From Candidatus Hydrogenedentota bacterium (GTDB lineage: Bacteria > Hydrogenedentota > Hydrogenedentia > Hydrogenedentales > SLHB01), in contig JAIBAQ010000002.1 in assembly GCA_019695095.1 (NCBI GenBank), positions 40,995 through 104,994 on the forward strand: a stretch of 64,000 nt of DNA, read 5' to 3'. Shown piece after piece: positions 46,306 to 56,383 of the stretch (position 1 is the stretch's first letter; each line of letters starts with the position of its first letter). The notes under the pieces were generated by a model that was not told where the DNA came from, did no database searches, and saw only the letters and a program-made list of their open reading frames with translations. The translations under genes and the position numbers were made by a program.

Positions 46306-47172
46306 ATGAAAAAGGCGTTCGTTGGATACGCCTTTATCAGTCCGTGGTTGTTCGGTTTTGTGGCGCTGACTGCCGTTCCGTTCGTAGTCAGCATCTACTT
46401 GAGCTTCACACGGTACGACATTGTCTCGCCGCCCGTTTGGATCGGACTGGCCAACTACAGACGGCTCTTCACGGAAGATCCTGTCTTCTGGATCGCCTTG
46501 GGCGTTACGTTCAAGTTCGCCTTGATTTCCGTCCCTCTGGGTATCGTTACGGGTATCGCAATCGCTCTGTTGCTCAATCTCAAGCTTCGCGGAATGAGTG
46601 TCTATCGAACAGCCTTCTATGTCCCTTCCATAGTGCCTATTGTTGCGACCTCCGTCATCTTCATGTGGATACTCAATCCTCAGATTGGCCTTGTGAACGG
46701 CCTTCTTGCGCGCGTAGGCATCCAAGGACCCGCATGGCTGCAAGACGCGAACTGGGCTCTCTGGGCCCTTATTCTGATGTCTCTTTGGGCGGTTGGCGGA
46801 AGTATGGTCATCTATCTCGCCGGCCTAAAGGACATCCCCGTGGCGCTCTATGAGGCGGCCATAATCGATGGCGCGAATGCCTGGCAACGCACGCGTCACG
46901 TTACACTGCCCATGCTGACCCCCGTCATCTTTTTCAATCTCATCATGGGGGTAATCGGCTCGTTTCAGTATTTCACGCAGGCTTGGATAATGACTGCCGG
47001 AGGTCCCAACGACAGCACGCACTTCTACGCGCTTTACCTCTTCATACGCGCGTGGCGTTACCTCGACATGGGCTATGCCAGCGCCATGGCTTGGATACTC
47101 TTTGCCGTCATCATGACCCTCACGGTTGCTATCTTCCGAACGCACAGGCGGTGGGTACACTATGGAAGCTGA
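46306..47172 (+). CDS. Carbohydrate ABC transporter permease (MalF/UgpA-like)
   Basis: Six TM helices and an EAA-loop region (EAAIIDGANAWQRTRHVTLP). Start at the Met with a GAGAGGGG ribosome-binding site. Confidence 0.85.
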   Translation: MKKAFVGYAFISPWLFGFVALTAVPFVVSIYLSFTRYDIVSPPVWIGLANYRRLFTEDPVFWIALGVTFKFALISVPLGIVTGIAIALLLNLKLRGMSVYRTAFYVPSIVPIVATSVIFMWILNPQIGLVNGLLARVGIQGPAWLQDANWALWALILMSLWAVGGSMVIYLAGLKDIPVALYEAAIIDGANAWQRTRHVTLPMLTPVIFFNLIMGVIGSFQYFTQAWIMTAGGPNDSTHFYALYLFIRAWRYLDMGYASAMAWILFAVIMTLTVAIFRTHRRWVHYGS

Positions 47173-48553
47173 TTCCGTAAGAGCCCGCCGCGAGTACAAG
47201 CAAGGTTCCGCTGCCATTGCTTGGTGCTTGGGAGTGCTTCTTGTCGTTGGGATGATGTTACTGCTGGCCGTGCCACGTCCGTCCGAAAGAAAGCACCCGG
47301 AGCGGATTCCCGTGCACTTCTGGCACATGTGGACTTCGGAGTGGAAGACTGTCGCGGACAAGATCGTCGACCGATACAACGATAGCCAAGACCGTTATGA
47401 AGTCATTCCTCTTTCCATTCCGGCGAACACGGCGGACTCGAAATTCCTGATGTCCGTCGCGGGAGGTGTTCCACCTGATGTCATGATTCAGTGGAATCCC
47501 GTTATTCCAAAATGGGCGGAAAGCAAAGCCGTGCTTCCATTGAACGAGCTCATGTCGCCCGAAGAATGGGAGGCATTCCAGAAATCCGTATACCCTGTTG
47601 TGCTCAAGATCGGTATGTACAAGGGCAAATTCTACGGCGCCGCCACAGGGCTTGACGTCTATGCCTGTTACTTCCGAAAGGACTTCGCGCGCGAAGCCGG
47701 ACTCGATGTCGAGCGCGTTCCAAGGAACCTGAAGGAACTGTCTGCCTGGGGCGACTCAATGACGAAGCGCGGCCCGGATGGGTCGCTGAAGCGAATTGGA
47801 CTTCTCAACCCAATTCGTCCGGCGAGCCTTTCAATGTACGCGCCAGGGTTTGGCGGGGGATTCTACGACTGGAAGCGTAACGTTTTGACCATCAACACAT
47901 CGCCAAATGTGCAAGCGTTGAAATTCCTCAGTGGAGAGCGTAAGAAGCTGGGCTTCGACAATGTGATTGGCTTCGAGTCTAGCTTCACCAGTGAAATCAG
48001 CACGGCTGCGTGGCCGTTCATCAGCGGCGCATATGGAATCACGCTGGATGGGCAATGGCGTGTGGAGCAGATTGCCCGATACGCACCTGAAATGGAGTAC
48101 GGCACCTTTCCCATTCCGCCACCGGAAGGAGGAAACGAACTCGCAAGTTGGGCGAATGCGAATTTCTTCGTCATTCCCACAGGGGCAAAGCAGGTGGATG
48201 GCGCGTGGGACTTCATCAAGTTCTGGTCCGGCATAGAAAACCCGAAGCGCGCCGCGGAGTTTTACACGTGGGGGGGATGGTTGCCGCCCCTGCCCGCAAT
48301 CGGAGATGCGCCCGCCTATCGCGAATACGTGCGTCAGCACCCTCAGTTTCAGACGTTTCTCGACATACTCCCCAGTGATCACTTGGAGCCATTGCCGCCG
48401 GTCTCTTACCAGGCCTACTTCTGGGATCGGCTGTCGATTGCTGACGAAGCCGCTGAACGTGGGCTGTTGTCGCCTGAAATCGCGTTGGCCCAACTCGAAC
48501 GGGAAATAAAGCATGAAGTCGCGATGAGACGCGAGTCGGGATACGACGACTAG
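47162..48553 (+). CDS. ABC transporter extracellular solute-binding protein (family 1, sugar-binding), membrane-anchored
   Basis: N-terminal TM anchor AIAWCLGVLLVVGMMLLLAV, then an SBP fold of ~430 aa. Overlaps the upstream permease stop by 11 nt. The start is uncertain; an alternative is 47126. Confidence 0.7.
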   Translation: MEADSVRARREYKQGSAAIAWCLGVLLVVGMMLLLAVPRPSERKHPERIPVHFWHMWTSEWKTVADKIVDRYNDSQDRYEVIPLSIPANTADSKFLMSVAGGVPPDVMIQWNPVIPKWAESKAVLPLNELMSPEEWEAFQKSVYPVVLKIGMYKGKFYGAATGLDVYACYFRKDFAREAGLDVERVPRNLKELSAWGDSMTKRGPDGSLKRIGLLNPIRPASLSMYAPGFGGGFYDWKRNVLTINTSPNVQALKFLSGERKKLGFDNVIGFESSFTSEISTAAWPFISGAYGITLDGQWRVEQIARYAPEMEYGTFPIPPPEGGNELASWANANFFVIPTGAKQVDGAWDFIKFWSGIENPKRAAEFYTWGGWLPPLPAIGDAPAYREYVRQHPQFQTFLDILPSDHLEPLPPVSYQAYFWDRLSIADEAAERGLLSPEIALAQLEREIKHEVAMRRESGYDD

Positions 48554-48554
48554 T

Positions 48555-49463
48555 ATGCAGAACATCGGACGCCAAATAGGACTTGCGTCAACTGAACACT
48601 CCGCACTGGTTCACCGAGTCGGACCAGCGCGTCGTATCTTGGTTCACGGCGTGTTGATCACCCTTTGCATTCCTTTTGTCTTACCCCTGGTTTGGATGCT
48701 TTCCACTTCGCTTAAAGATGACAAGCAAGTCTACGGATCATCGAACCAACAGGCTGTTGTGTCGATTGCGAGTCTAGTACCCAATCCGGTGAAGTGGAGC
48801 AATTACTACGACGCGGTCCACACGGTTCCCTTGGGTACCTATCTTAAGAATACGCTCATCCTATGCGCGTGCGTGGTTGCAGGTACTGTGGCATCGAGCG
48901 CCGTGGTAGCCTACGGCTTTGCCCGCCTGCGGTTTCCCGGCCGAAATCTTCTGTTTATGTTGATGATTGGGACCATGGCCTTGCCAAGCCAAGTTACCAT
49001 GATTCCGGTCTTTGCGCTTTTCCGCTCGCTTGGTTGGTACGGGACATACCTGCCGCTCGTCGTACCATCTCTATTCGGATCTGCCTTCTACATTTTCCTA
49101 ATGCGCCAGTTCTTCCAGACCATTCCCGAAGAGCTATCCGAGGCCGCTCGAATCGACGGGGCGGGGGAGTGGCGTGTCTTTTGGCAAATCATGTTGCCGC
49201 TGGCAAAACCCGCTATGGCCACGTGCGCGCTCTTTCAATTCCTCGGAACATGGAACGACTACTTCGGGCCGCTTCTCTATATAAATGACCCCTCGAGATA
49301 CACGCTCGCTTATGGCCTGGAGCAGTTCATGTCCAGCTACGGCGGCGAGTGGACCCAACTCATGGCGGCAGCGACGATTTTTACGCTCCCGATCGTTATC
49401 CTATTCTTTCTGACGCAGCGAACCTTCATTCAGGGCATCGCGACCACAGGGGGGAAATCCTGA
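48555..49463 (+). CDS. Carbohydrate ABC transporter permease (MalG/UgpE-like)
   Basis: Six TM helices and an EAA motif (EAARIDGAGEWRVFWQIMLPLAKP). Confidence 0.85.
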   Translation: MQNIGRQIGLASTEHSALVHRVGPARRILVHGVLITLCIPFVLPLVWMLSTSLKDDKQVYGSSNQQAVVSIASLVPNPVKWSNYYDAVHTVPLGTYLKNTLILCACVVAGTVASSAVVAYGFARLRFPGRNLLFMLMIGTMALPSQVTMIPVFALFRSLGWYGTYLPLVVPSLFGSAFYIFLMRQFFQTIPEELSEAARIDGAGEWRVFWQIMLPLAKPAMATCALFQFLGTWNDYFGPLLYINDPSRYTLAYGLEQFMSSYGGEWTQLMAAATIFTLPIVILFFLTQRTFIQGIATTGGKS

Positions 49464-49576
49464 TGCGAGCCTTACGCTGCAAGCCAGAGGCAATCGGATA
49501 CACAGATGCGGCCGCTGCCCGGACTATGGCGGCAGTAACGCCCTGGGAAACGCGCATCGGGGAGGATCACGAAGTC

Positions 49577-51133
49577 ATGAGTGCAGTGCCATCGGAATCG
49601 AAAGTGAGAAGGAGTATTTCGGGGGTCCGTGGGACAGAGGAAACACTGACCGGGGATGAGGTAGAGAGGTACGCAAGCGCGTACGGTACTTATCTTCGCG
49701 ATGTTTCCGACACGAACACGATTGTAGTTGGCCGCGATACGCGTCCTACCTCAAAGGCGTATCTCGAACGCGTCATCGATGCGCTCCTTGCCGGAGGTTG
49801 GGACGTCATCGACCTTGGCGTGGTTCCGACTCCGACTGTTCAGTTGGCGATTCACCGGCTCGACGTTGCAGGCGGCGCAATGGTCACCGCATCGCACAAT
49901 CCCATTGCGTACAACGGCGTGAAGTTCCTGCAGAACGTGGAAGGACACGGCATGTTCTTGCGCGAAGACCAAATCAAGCAGGTTTTCGCCATCCACGATG
50001 AGGGTCGCTTCGACTCGCGGCGCCGCGGCGAATGCCGCCCTGTTGCCGACATGGCCTCCGAGTTCAGCGACCCGCCGTATACCTCTGAATACCTATCGCG
50101 TTCACGCAGCGTCTTGCATGTGGACAATGCGGTCATTCTGGATTACCACCTGCATCGCGTGATCACCGCTATGGGAAAAGACCTCGATACCATACGCGCG
50201 CGCAGTTTTCGCGTTGCCATGGATGGCTGCGGCGGCGCGGGGATTCCAATCGATTACGTGCTTCTCGACTATCTCTACGCGCACGTGTTGCCGGTCAACG
50301 ACAAGCCGGGAGTCTTCTCGCGCGGCATCGAACCCACACCCGCAAATCTCGAAGATTTATGCAGGCTGATGTCCGGCGAGAGTTCACCCTTCGACGTGGG
50401 ATTTGTCACCGACTGCGACAACGATCGCTGTGTGTTGGTAGCGCGTGACCCGGATACCGGCGTCTATGTACCCTTGGAAGAAGACTATACATTCGCCATC
50501 GCGGTTGATCAGGTTCTCGGAACCCTTTCCGAAGGGCGAACAGTCGTCACGAACTGGTCTACATCGCAAATGGTGAAAGATATCTGTTCGGCGCACCATG
50601 CCAACTTGCGCCGTGTTCCCACTGGCGAGGTGTATACCGCCAGCGACGCGAAGCACTTCCACGCCGCGATAGCGGGCGAAGGGAGCTGCGCCGGCGTGAT
50701 CGACCCCCGAGTCGGCATGGGGCGCGACGTTCTTGTGGCGATTTGGCATGTCCTTGCTGCCCTCGCCCACAAGAAAGATGACCTGATGACGATCACGCGG
50801 GGATATCCTCATCACGCAAAAACGAATTGCGACCAAGCCACAAACCTCTCGCCTGACGGCATGCGCAAGATTGTTGAGCGCCTGCAAGTCTTCTATGCGG
50901 GAAAGCCGGACTTGGCGTTCATGAGCCGAGAGGACGGCCTGATCGTCGCCTTCAAAGATCACTCGCGCCTTCAGATTCGCTCATCAAACACCGAGCCTCT
51001 GCTGCGAGTGAGAACCTCTTCGCCGGATTCCGGCAAGTCTGCCGCACTTGCGGAAGAAGCACTGAAGCATATTGAGAAATTTGCGGACCAATTGAACAAA
51101 GAAAAAGAGAGCCAATCAGTATCGGGCGGATAG
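49577..51133 (+). CDS. Phosphoglucomutase/phosphomannomutase-family (alpha-D-phosphohexomutase) protein
   Basis: GVRGT near the N-terminus, a phosphoserine loop TASHNP, and a metal-binding DxDxDR-like motif TDCDNDR. Start chosen at the Met with a GGGGAGGA ribosome-binding site; an alternative ATG at 49463 overlaps the permease stop. Confidence 0.75.
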   Translation: MSAVPSESKVRRSISGVRGTEETLTGDEVERYASAYGTYLRDVSDTNTIVVGRDTRPTSKAYLERVIDALLAGGWDVIDLGVVPTPTVQLAIHRLDVAGGAMVTASHNPIAYNGVKFLQNVEGHGMFLREDQIKQVFAIHDEGRFDSRRRGECRPVADMASEFSDPPYTSEYLSRSRSVLHVDNAVILDYHLHRVITAMGKDLDTIRARSFRVAMDGCGGAGIPIDYVLLDYLYAHVLPVNDKPGVFSRGIEPTPANLEDLCRLMSGESSPFDVGFVTDCDNDRCVLVARDPDTGVYVPLEEDYTFAIAVDQVLGTLSEGRTVVTNWSTSQMVKDICSAHHANLRRVPTGEVYTASDAKHFHAAIAGEGSCAGVIDPRVGMGRDVLVAIWHVLAALAHKKDDLMTITRGYPHHAKTNCDQATNLSPDGMRKIVERLQVFYAGKPDLAFMSREDGLIVAFKDHSRLQIRSSNTEPLLRVRTSSPDSGKSAALAEEALKHIEKFADQLNKEKESQSVSGG

Positions 51134-51171
51134 CGGTTCAGCAATCCAAAACGATTCAGGAGTCTTGAGGA

Positions 51172-52680
51172 ATGCGACTAGGTCTAAGACGGTTAACGTA
51201 CGTGCTGATAGTAGCGAGTATTCTGACCCTATCCGTGGGACTCGCGCAGGAAACTTCGACCAGCGGAATTCTTGCCGATCTCTCGCGCCTCAAGAACTTC
51301 ACTGTGGGCCGCGAATCGAGCGTTGATCCCACCGGCGGCAATGCGGACGGCCGGCACGACTGGCCGCTGAAGCCTGGAGAGACGCGGACTCTTGCGGACC
51401 TAAAAGGCGCGGGTGCAATTGTCCACATCTGGATCACAATTGCGTCCAAGGACGAGCAATACCTGAAGAATCTCGTACTGCGCATGTACTGGGACGGCGA
51501 AGAGAATCCCTCGGTAGAAGCGCCCATCGGGGACTTTTTCGGCCTGGGCATGGGCCGCTACTACCAGTACTCGTGCTTGCCGATTCAAATCGGAGTTGAC
51601 CGCGGACTGAACTGTTTTTGGCGCATGCCATTCGGCAATGGGGCGAGGGTAACGGTGACCAACGATGGCCCACTTCCGGCTATCGCTTTCTACTACTACA
51701 TCGATTACCAAAAGTACGAGAAACTGCCGGATGACGAGTTGCGCTTTCACGCGCAGTATCGTCAGGAGTATCCCTGCGCGCCGGGAGCCAACTATGTCTT
51801 CCTGGAGGCCAAAGGCCGCGGACACTATGTGGGATGCAACCTCTCGCTTCAGGACCGCGCAGGAGGGTGGTGGGGCGAAGGCGACGACATGATCTTCGTT
51901 GACGACGACTCAAAGCCGGTCCTTCTAGGAACAGGTTCTGAGGATTACTTCTGCGGCGGGTGGGCGTACGGCGAATCGCAGACCCAGACATTCAGCAATC
52001 TCTATTTTGGCGCTCCCCTGATCGAGGGCGGTCATAACCAAAACGCTGTCTGGAACGTCTACCGATATCACCTCGAAGATCCAATTCCCTTCACGAAGAG
52101 CATCAAAGTGACGATGGAGCACGGCCACGCCAACAATCGAAAAGACGATTTCTCGTCTGTTGCGTATTGGTATCAAACGGAACCGCATGTGCCGTTTCCG
52201 CCCATGGCGAAGGCTGGTGAGCGGCTTCCAGCCAAGGCAACCGTATTTGTCGAGCCCTGGGTAATTGAGGCAGAGGCACTCGCTCCGTTGTTCGGAAATC
52301 CCGCTGTTGTGGCCGAATCCACGGCGAACTTCGGGAATCTGTGGAGTGACGGTGCTCACTTGAAGGTCAATGCGACCGAGCCGTCCACCTTCAAGGCAGT
52401 GCTACCTGTGTCTCCAAGCGATGCCGGAGCCTACGCAATGGAGGTCTGGTATACCGCAGGTCCGGACTATGGCCGTTGCGAATTGTGGGTCAACGGCAAG
52501 AAGGCTTGTGAGTGGGACGGCTACAACGCAAGCGTGACCACGCGAAAGAAGTTGGAGAGCCTCGGTTCGTTGGTGCTTGAAAAGGCCAATAACACAATTG
52601 AGTTGCGCATTGTCGGCAAGAACGATGCGTCAAAAGGGTATCTCATGGGGTACGACTGCTACCGAGTCTCTCCAAAGTAG
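51172..52680 (+). CDS. DUF2961 / glycoside hydrolase family 172 protein (secreted)
   Basis: Signal peptide. Hallmark GEGDDMIFVDDD...GTGSEDYF motif and beta-jelly-roll pattern, which I recall as typical of DUF2961/GH172 (alpha-D-arabinofuranosidase / difructose-dianhydride enzymes). Confidence 0.8.
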   Translation: MRLGLRRLTYVLIVASILTLSVGLAQETSTSGILADLSRLKNFTVGRESSVDPTGGNADGRHDWPLKPGETRTLADLKGAGAIVHIWITIASKDEQYLKNLVLRMYWDGEENPSVEAPIGDFFGLGMGRYYQYSCLPIQIGVDRGLNCFWRMPFGNGARVTVTNDGPLPAIAFYYYIDYQKYEKLPDDELRFHAQYRQEYPCAPGANYVFLEAKGRGHYVGCNLSLQDRAGGWWGEGDDMIFVDDDSKPVLLGTGSEDYFCGGWAYGESQTQTFSNLYFGAPLIEGGHNQNAVWNVYRYHLEDPIPFTKSIKVTMEHGHANNRKDDFSSVAYWYQTEPHVPFPPMAKAGERLPAKATVFVEPWVIEAEALAPLFGNPAVVAESTANFGNLWSDGAHLKVNATEPSTFKAVLPVSPSDAGAYAMEVWYTAGPDYGRCELWVNGKKACEWDGYNASVTTRKKLESLGSLVLEKANNTIELRIVGKNDASKGYLMGYDCYRVSPK

Positions 52681-52746
52681 AACGAGAGCATTGGATACGG
52701 CAGTCGCGTGAATAGTAACAACAGGCAGCGGGGAGGGAGTACGGAG

Positions 52747-53526
52747 ATGACAACAAGCAATAAGCTAGGGTGGAGGCTTGCCGCGCAAGCATGGTCTTTT
52801 CATCACTTCACCCTTTTTGAAGCAATCGACAAGACGGCGGCTCTTGGTCTGAAGTACATTGAAGCGTATCCGGGGCAAGCATTGAGCCCGGTAGAACCGG
52901 AGACAGTCTTTGACCCCAACCTTGACGCAGCCGGTCTGGAGAAGACCAAAGCTAAGCTTCGGTCGGCCGGTATTTCGCTCGTCAATTTCGGTGTGGTGAA
53001 TCTGCCGAACAACGAAATGGAGTCACGCAAAGTCTTTGAGTTTGCCAAAGAGATGGGCATCGAGACTATTGTCTCTGAGCCCCCTCTGGATGCGTTCGAT
53101 TTGTTGGACAGACTCTGCGCGGACTACGCCATCAATGTGGCCATTCACAATCATCCCGCTCCCTCTCCGTATTGGAATCCAGATACTGTACTCGCTGCCT
53201 GCAAAGGAAGAAGCGCTCGCATTGGTGCGTGCGCCGATACGGGGCACTGGGTCCGCTCCGGAATCGATCCGTTGGAAGCGATGCGCAAGCTCGAAGGCCG
53301 AATCATCAGTTTCCACAGCAAAGACGTGGACGTACATTCGCCCGAAGCCCAGGATGTCCCATGGGGAACCGGTATCGGAGACATGAAGGGGCAATTGGAG
53401 GAGATCCGGCGTCAAGGTATTAAGCCTGTCATCTCTATCGAATACGAGCTGCCCACGAATGCCGATCCGCAGTGCGACATGGCAAAGTGTATTGCATACT
53501 ATGAATCGGTGTGCGGCACGCTATAA
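52747..53526 (+). CDS. Sugar phosphate isomerase/epimerase (xylose-isomerase-like TIM barrel)
   Basis: Xylose-isomerase-like TIM barrel. Metal-ligand pattern E...D...H...E (AIHNHP, DTGHW, IEYE). Start at the Met with a GGGAGGGAG ribosome-binding site. Confidence 0.8.
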   Translation: MTTSNKLGWRLAAQAWSFHHFTLFEAIDKTAALGLKYIEAYPGQALSPVEPETVFDPNLDAAGLEKTKAKLRSAGISLVNFGVVNLPNNEMESRKVFEFAKEMGIETIVSEPPLDAFDLLDRLCADYAINVAIHNHPAPSPYWNPDTVLAACKGRSARIGACADTGHWVRSGIDPLEAMRKLEGRIISFHSKDVDVHSPEAQDVPWGTGIGDMKGQLEEIRRQGIKPVISIEYELPTNADPQCDMAKCIAYYESVCGTL

Positions 53527-53586
53527 CGATGTGTTTATCTAGCAAGACGCACGAGAGAATTGTGTAACCACTATAGGAGATCCGCG

Positions 53587-54702
53587 ATGACCTTGAATAC
53601 GAGACGGCCGGTGAGAATTGGGATTATTGGCGTAGGACAAATCGGGAAGGTGCATCTGGACAACTACGCGAAGGTCCCGGGCGCGGAAGTCGTCGCGGCA
53701 TTTGACATAGATGGAACTGAACTGGAGCGAGTAGCCGAGCAATACAAGATTCCGCACACTCACGAGTCGTTCAAGGACCTGTTGCAGCGAGACGACATCG
53801 AGGCCGTTGATGTCTGTCTTCACAATAATCTGCACGCTCCGATCACGATTGCGGCGCTGGAAGCCGGGAAGCATGTCTACTGCGAGAAGCCTATGGCGGG
53901 CACCTACGTCGACGCCAAATCCATGATGGACGCCGCTCGTCGATGCGACCGGAAACTGAGCATTCAGTTGGGACTTCTGTTCAAGAGCGAGACGAAAGTC
54001 GCCAAACACCTAATCCGAAACGGTCATTTGGGCAGACTCTATCATGCGCGCTCGTGCGGCTACCGCCGGCGCGGACGGCCTTACGTGGACGGATACGGCA
54101 CCGAGAGTTTCGTGAAGATGGAAACAGCCGGCGGCGGAGCGCTCTTCGATATGGGTGTCTACCACATCTCGCAGATGCTGTATCTGCTGGATTCGCCGCA
54201 GGTTTTTCGCGTGAGTGGAGAGCTGTATCAGGAAACCGAAATCGATCCCGTGCGCGCGGCAAAAAGCGGATACAACGTGGAAGAACTGGGGCTTGGCTTG
54301 GTGCGTTTCGAGGGCGGAGTCACTCTCGACATCATTGAATCGTGGGCCATTCACCTGAATGCCTTCGAAGGTAGTTCGATTGTCGGCAGCAAGGGCGGTA
54401 TCCGGCTGGATCCGTTCAGCTTTCACACGACCCTGAGCGACGTTGTTATCGATTCTACGTTCTCCCTCGAAGAAGATGAGTTCCGTTGGCACGCATTGCA
54501 CGAAACAGAAGATGCGTACGACTCACCCCAGCATCATTGGGTCTCCGCGTTACAGGGGCGCGTTCCATTGTTGCCCACGGCGGAAATAGCGCTTCAAACC
54601 ATGCAGATTAGCGAGGGGATCCGTCTGTCTCACGAATTGGGTCGCGAAGTCACGGCAGACGAAATCGAAGCCTTGTCCAAGTCGACGGCGCTTAAGGTGT
54701 AA
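53587..54702 (+). CDS. Gfo/Idh/MocA-family NAD(P)-dependent oxidoreductase (cytoplasmic)
   Basis: Rossmann motif RIGIIGVGQIGK, EKP motif YCEKPMA. Start at the Met with an AGGAGA ribosome-binding site. Confidence 0.85.
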   Translation: MTLNTRRPVRIGIIGVGQIGKVHLDNYAKVPGAEVVAAFDIDGTELERVAEQYKIPHTHESFKDLLQRDDIEAVDVCLHNNLHAPITIAALEAGKHVYCEKPMAGTYVDAKSMMDAARRCDRKLSIQLGLLFKSETKVAKHLIRNGHLGRLYHARSCGYRRRGRPYVDGYGTESFVKMETAGGGALFDMGVYHISQMLYLLDSPQVFRVSGELYQETEIDPVRAAKSGYNVEELGLGLVRFEGGVTLDIIESWAIHLNAFEGSSIVGSKGGIRLDPFSFHTTLSDVVIDSTFSLEEDEFRWHALHETEDAYDSPQHHWVSALQGRVPLLPTAEIALQTMQISEGIRLSHELGREVTADEIEALSKSTALKV

Positions 54703-54717
54703 GAGGGAACGGCCATC

Positions 54718-56358
54718 ATGAGAGCGTGTCTTTATGCGGTCACTCTGACCGTGGTGTTTTGGGCGCATGGAGTCGCACTTGCGGCACCTCCTCCGATTCA
54801 AACTGAATTCGTGCCCATGAGCGATGGCGTGAAACTCGCCACTGACGTCCATTTGCCCGACTCCGCGGGCGGACCATGGCCGGTAATTCTTGCGCGAAGT
54901 ACCTACGGTAGAGTCGGGGGTCCGGTTGATGCGCTGCTCCAGCTCGGTATCGCCGTTGTCGCGCAAGACGTTCGTGGAATGGGCGCCAGTGAAGGGGAAA
55001 AGTACGTCTTCAACGCCGACGGCTGGCGGCCGGGATTGACTGACGGCGCAGAAACGGTTGCTTGGATTCTTGCCCAACCCTGGTGCAACGGCAAGATTGG
55101 AACTTGGGGCGGCTCCGCCCTTGGAATCACACAGATGTTGCTCGCCCCCACGACACGCGGAGTCGCCGCGCAGTTCATCGAAGTTGCTCCGTCCAATCTG
55201 TATGAGGACATGTTCTACCAGGGCGGTGTCTTCAGGAAATGTCTCCTGGAAGGGTGGCTGCCACAGATCGGCCAGCCCCATCTCCTCGATGTCTACAAGA
55301 GTCATCCTCGATACGACTGCTTCTGGTGGTACTACGATGCGGAATTGCGTGCTCCCGATATGACGGCCCCTGCCATGTTTGTCGGTGGCTGGTACGACAT
55401 CTTCAATCAGGGAACGATAGATGCATTCGTGTCGCGCGAATCAAATGGAGGCGAAGGGGCTAAGGGACAGAACTATCTAATCATGAAGTGGTCCGCGCAT
55501 CTGGAGACTCAAACTCCTGACTATAAGTTGCAAGACGACCGCTGGTCATTCGATGTCAATCGATTCATGGCGGCGTTCTACGCCGCCCACTTGCTCGGGC
55601 AGCCGGATGCGCTCAAGGAGTACGCCAAAGTCAATTACTACGTAATGGGCGCCGACACGCCCGGCGCGCCTGGGAACGAATGGCGCACTGCAAGCACGTG
55701 GCCGCCGTTCGATGCCGAACCTGCACGCTTCTATCTGCGTCCAGATGGCGCCCTCAACACCGAGGCATCTTCTGAAACAAAGAAGGGATCGCGATCGTTC
55801 AGCTTTGATCCAAAGAATCCCGTACCTACCCACGGCGGCGCTAACCTGACCATTCCAGCCGGCCCCATGGATCAACGCGCTAACCATGCCAATCGCCAAG
55901 ACGTCCTGGCATTTTCGACAGAGCCGTTGACGAAACCCATGGAGATCACTGGGCGCGTCTCAGTTCGTCTGTTTGTGTCCACCGATGCGCCTGATACGGA
56001 TTTTACTGCCATGTTGTTGGACGTGTATCCGTCCGGAGACGACCGCGAAGTCCTCATGCTCGACGGTATCCGCCGGGTAAAGACGCGCTTTGGATTCAAC
56101 CAGGTTGCGCCCCCGCTTGAGGGGGAGGCTGAAATCGTCGAGATCATCATTGACCTGCAAAGCACAAGCTGGATATTCGACAAGGGGCATCGCATCGGCT
56201 TGCATGTCTCGAGCAGCAACTTCCCTCGTTTTGAAGTCAATCCCAATACAGGCGCCGACTTTCCCACGCCTGGCGGCGAGATGCGCGTCGCGCACAATAC
56301 CGTTCACATGGACAAAGCGCATCCCAGTGCTCTGATTCTTCCGGTTCGATCTGAATAG
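54718..56358 (+). CDS. CocE/NonD-family alpha/beta hydrolase (S15 X-Pro dipeptidyl-peptidase-like)
   Basis: Signal peptide. The sequence ILARSTYGRV...GGSALG places the nucleophile Ser in a GxSxxG-like context, with a C-terminal beta-sandwich typical of CocE/NonD. Confidence 0.8.
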   Translation: MRACLYAVTLTVVFWAHGVALAAPPPIQTEFVPMSDGVKLATDVHLPDSAGGPWPVILARSTYGRVGGPVDALLQLGIAVVAQDVRGMGASEGEKYVFNADGWRPGLTDGAETVAWILAQPWCNGKIGTWGGSALGITQMLLAPTTRGVAAQFIEVAPSNLYEDMFYQGGVFRKCLLEGWLPQIGQPHLLDVYKSHPRYDCFWWYYDAELRAPDMTAPAMFVGGWYDIFNQGTIDAFVSRESNGGEGAKGQNYLIMKWSAHLETQTPDYKLQDDRWSFDVNRFMAAFYAAHLLGQPDALKEYAKVNYYVMGADTPGAPGNEWRTASTWPPFDAEPARFYLRPDGALNTEASSETKKGSRSFSFDPKNPVPTHGGANLTIPAGPMDQRANHANRQDVLAFSTEPLTKPMEITGRVSVRLFVSTDAPDTDFTAMLLDVYPSGDDREVLMLDGIRRVKTRFGFNQVAPPLEGEAEIVEIIIDLQSTSWIFDKGHRIGLHVSSSNFPRFEVNPNTGADFPTPGGEMRVAHNTVHMDKAHPSALILPVRSE

Positions 56359-56383
56359 ACTTGAGAAACAGTGGAGCGGCGAA